The notes under the pieces were generated by a model that ran no database searches, was not told where the DNA came from, and was given only the letters and a program-made list of their open reading frames with translations. A program made the translations under genes and the position numbers. A DNA stretch of 64,000 nt from Heptranchias perlo (taxonomy: Eukaryota): contig NC_090336.1 of NCBI RefSeq assembly GCF_035084215.1, positions 20,708,001-20,772,000 of the forward strand. The letters run 5' to 3'. Below are positions 60,691 through 64,000 of the stretch, one piece after another. The number at the start of each line of letters is the position of its first letter. Within the stretch, counting starts at the first letter, position 1.

Positions 60691-63122
60691 TAGCTAGCTC
60701 TTACTATCTGTTTTTATATTTATTGCTAGTTTACTCTGCTATTCAATTTTCTCCCTCTATCAATTTCTTGGTCAACCATAGCTGCTTTCTAAAACCCTCC
60801 CCATCCTCTAGCTTACTACTCTTTTTGGCAACATTGTTAGCCTCTTTTAATGTAATACTATCCTTAACTTCTCTAGTTAGCCACAGTTGGATCACTTTTC
60901 CTGCGGAATTTATATTCCTCAAGAGTATATTTGTTGGGAATTATTAACTCTTTTTTAAATGTTCGCCATTGCTTATCTACTGTCATATCTTTTAATTTCC
61001 CAATCTACCTTAGCCAACTCGCCCCTCATACCTACTTAATTGGCCTTGTTTAAATTAAAGACCGTATTTTCGGACTTAACCACATCACTCTCGAACTCAT
61101 TATGAAATTCTATCATATTATGATCACTCTTCCCCAGAGGATCCTTTTTATTATAAGATTACTAATTAATCCTGTCATATTACACAATACTAGATCTAAA
61201 ATAGCCTATTCCCTATTTGGTTCCTCGACACCTTGTTCTAGAAAACTGTCTTGGATGCATTCCATGAACTCGTCCTCCAAACTACGTTTGCCAATTTGAT
61301 TTGCCCAGTCTATATGAAGATTAAAGACCCCCATGATTATTGCATTACCCTTGTTAGATGCTCCTCTGATTTCCTGATTTATACTCTGTCCAACAGTATA
61401 ACTACTGTTAGGGGGCCTGTAAACTACTCCCACCAATGTTTTCTTCCCCTTGTTATTTCTTAGCTCCACCCATACTGATTCTACTTCCTGATTTTCTGAG
61501 CGAAGATCCTTTCTCACCACTATCTTTATCTCATCCTTTATTCTCAGGGCAACCCCACCTCCTTTACCATTCTGCCTATCTTTTCTAAAAGTCAAGTACC
61601 CTAGTTCCCAACCTTGGTCACTGTGCAACCAGGTCTCAGTAATGGCTACTAGATCCAACCCATTTATCTTTATTTGTGCCATTAATTCATCTATCCTGAT
61701 ACAAATGCTTCGTGCATTCAAATACAGTGCCTTTAATTTTAACTTTTTACTTTTTTCCCTCTGATGTGACCTTAGTCACTAACTCCCTATTACCTTTGTT
61801 AAACACTCTGTCCCTTCCTGTCACACTCTGCTTGTTTTTACCCAAAATTGCTCAATCTGCCAGATACTCCAAATCTGCATAGATTAACAATTTATATGGA
61901 GTGTTTCACGGCCATTGATATGATACACAAGGGCCAGGATATTTATTAGAATGGTACCAGGGATGAGGGACTTCAGCAATGCAGAGCGACTAGAGAAGCT
62001 GAGATTGTTCTGCTTAGAGCAGAGAAGGTGAAGGGGAGATTTGACAGAGGTATTCAAAATTATGAGGGGTTTTGATAGAGTAAATAGGGAGAAACTGTTT
62101 CCACTGGCAGGAGGGTCAGCCTTAACTGATCTTTTCAGACTGATAAAATTACCCTTACCTGAACCCTTCCCCCCCCCCCCCCCCCCCCCCACCCCTTATT
62201 AGTTTAAAGCCCTATCTACCGCCCTAGTTATTCGATTTGCCAGGATGCTGGTCCCAGCCTGGGTTTAAGTGGAGCCTGTCCCAATGGAACAGCTCCCTCC
62301 TTCCCTAGTACTGGTGCCAGTGCCCCAAGAATTGAAACCCCTGTCTCCCACACCACTCTTTCAGCGACACATTTAACCATCTAATCTGTTTGTCCCTACG
62401 CCAATTTGCACGTGGCTCAGGCAGTAAGCCAGAGATTATTGCCTTTTGAGGTTCTGCTTTTCAATTTGGTCCCTAGCTCATCAAACTCCCTCAGCAGAAC
62501 CTCATTCTTAGTTCTACCGATGTCGCTGATTCCTACGTGGACCACAACAACTGGATCCTCCCCTTCCTGCTTCAAGTTCTTCTCCAGCCGTGAGGAGACG
62601 TCCTTAACCCTGGCACCGGGTAGGCAACACAGCCTTCGGGACTCCTGATCACGGCTGCAGAGAACAGTATCTATCCCCCTGACTATACTATCCCCCAACA
62701 CACTACCCCATTCCTTTTTACTCCCCCCACTTGAATGGCCTCCTGTACCACGGTGCCATGGTCAGTTTGTCCATCCTCCCTGCAGTCTTTGGTTTCATCC
62801 ATACTGGTAGCAAGTACCTCATACCTGTTGGACAAGGTCAAAGGCTGAGGCTCCTCCATCACTGCATGCTGGGTCCCCATACCTGCCTGACTCGCAGACA
62901 CATCCTCCTGTCCCTGACCACTGACCAAATCTAAATTACTACCTAACCATAGGGGTGTGACTGCCTCCTGGATCAAAGTGTCCAGGTAATTCTTCCCCCT
63001 CCCTGATGCATCGCAATGTCTGCAGCTCGGACTCCAGCTCAACAACTCTGAGCTGAAGTTCCTCAAGTTGAAGACACTTACTGTGGTTGCCTGGGATCAT
63101 GCTGCTCTCCACAAACTCCCAC
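60690..63122 (-). mobile_element. 5' half of a CR1 (ORF1 esterase + APE endonuclease), lacking RT
   Basis: GDSIVRG..CLPGARVKD..VVVHVG (ORF1); NARSI..AITETWL..GGGVAL..VYRPP (endonuclease). Confidence 0.9.
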
Positions 63123-63861
63123 ATCTTAAATCTGTGCCCTCTGGCTACTGATCCACCTGCCAGTGAAAACGGTTTCTCCCTATTTACTCTATCAAAGCCC
63201 CTCATAATTTTGAACACCTCTATCAAATCTCCCCTTCACCTTCTCTGCTCCAAGGAGAACAATCCCAGCTTCTCCAGTCTCTCCACATAGCTGAAGTCCC
63301 TCATCCCTGGTACCATTCTAATAAATATCCTGGCCCTTGTGTATCATATCAATGACTGTGAGACGCTCCATATAAATTGTTAATCTATGCAGGTTTGGAG
63401 TACCTGGCAGATTGTGATGATGCTAGCTGTAATACTCCAGCCTCTGGAAACAATTGTGGTCACAGCCATGGTGGTGGCCCAAGGTAAAGAAGTGCCATAG
63501 CTCACTTTAGGGAGCGCACCTGCACCTGACTCGTTCCACTTCTGTCTATAACATACTTTCAAGCACAACCCCCTTCTAACTGGTTCCTGTTCCTTTCTCC
63601 CCAGCATCTGTTAGTTTCTCTTTGGTACCTGGCCCCCTCCCTGCACAATGGAATATCTTTCACATTGGTCATCGGTTTTATTTCAGGTTTTTTGGCTGGA
63701 AAGTAGGAAGATTTATCATCTACATGGGTCGCCTTATACACCAATATATATGGAAATGTGATTTTGTTCTTAATGTATAATGTATTGGTTCAAATATGCC
63801 TTCTAAAATTAGCAACAGCACTTGTGTTTCTTAACCTCTGTACATATTTGTCTCTTGTCAG

Positions 63862-63950
63862 GAGATCTTTCATCCTCAGAATGGGAAGCAGGTATTGTGG
63901 TACTGCTGTGGGCCCACTGTTTATGATGCTTCGCACATGGGACATGCCAG
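63862..63950 (+). CDS. CARS1: CARS1 exon 4, HIGH motif
   Basis: cttgtcag|...|gtgatc; [29 protein letters not shown](R), with the Zn-ligand CGPTVY and HMGH class I motifs. Confidence 0.97.
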
Positions 63951-64000
63951 GTGATCTTCCACATGACTAATTATTCCATTGCTGCTTCTGCTAATTCTTC

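Noticed and set aside
1-64000. Prokaryotic or viral systems (CRISPR array, defence operon, retron)
   Set aside because: Spliced vertebrate genes and vertebrate repeats throughout; no repeat-spacer array; all RT and endonuclease ORFs are CR1/L2 fragments.

Overview
This is eukaryotic genomic DNA, almost certainly from a cartilaginous fish, judged by its CR1/L2 LINEs, DeuSINE-type SINEs and Harbinger elements. I found no prokaryotic system. Two spliced genes lie in tandem on the + strand. The first is the last 18 coding exons of OSBPL5/ORP5 (227-39052; 2358 nt splicing in frame to 785 aa + stop: PH domain, ORD with EQVSHHPP, coiled coil, C-terminal TM). The second is the CpG-island promoter and first four coding exons of cytosolic cysteinyl-tRNA synthetase CARS1 (43643-63950, continuing beyond the window), including the GST-like cassette exon. 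Introns are dense with nested CR1 and L2 LINEs, several SINE families, Harbinger remnants and a probable solo LTR. Nearly all ORFs in the supplied track are LINE fragments or noise. Points worth a second look: a candidate 12-nt microexon in the ORP5 PH lipid-binding strand; a TAGTAG tandem acceptor that could truncate ORP5; an ETS plus ATF4 (CARE) module in the CARS1 5' leader; RBFOX sites and a decoy donor after the CARS1 cassette exon; a 51-bp triplication of the CARS1 exon-3 end; and several locally templated insertions, one joined through telomere-like repeats. Exon boundaries were read by hand. Repeat boundaries are approximate, and repeat family names come from recalled consensus sequences, not from a search.
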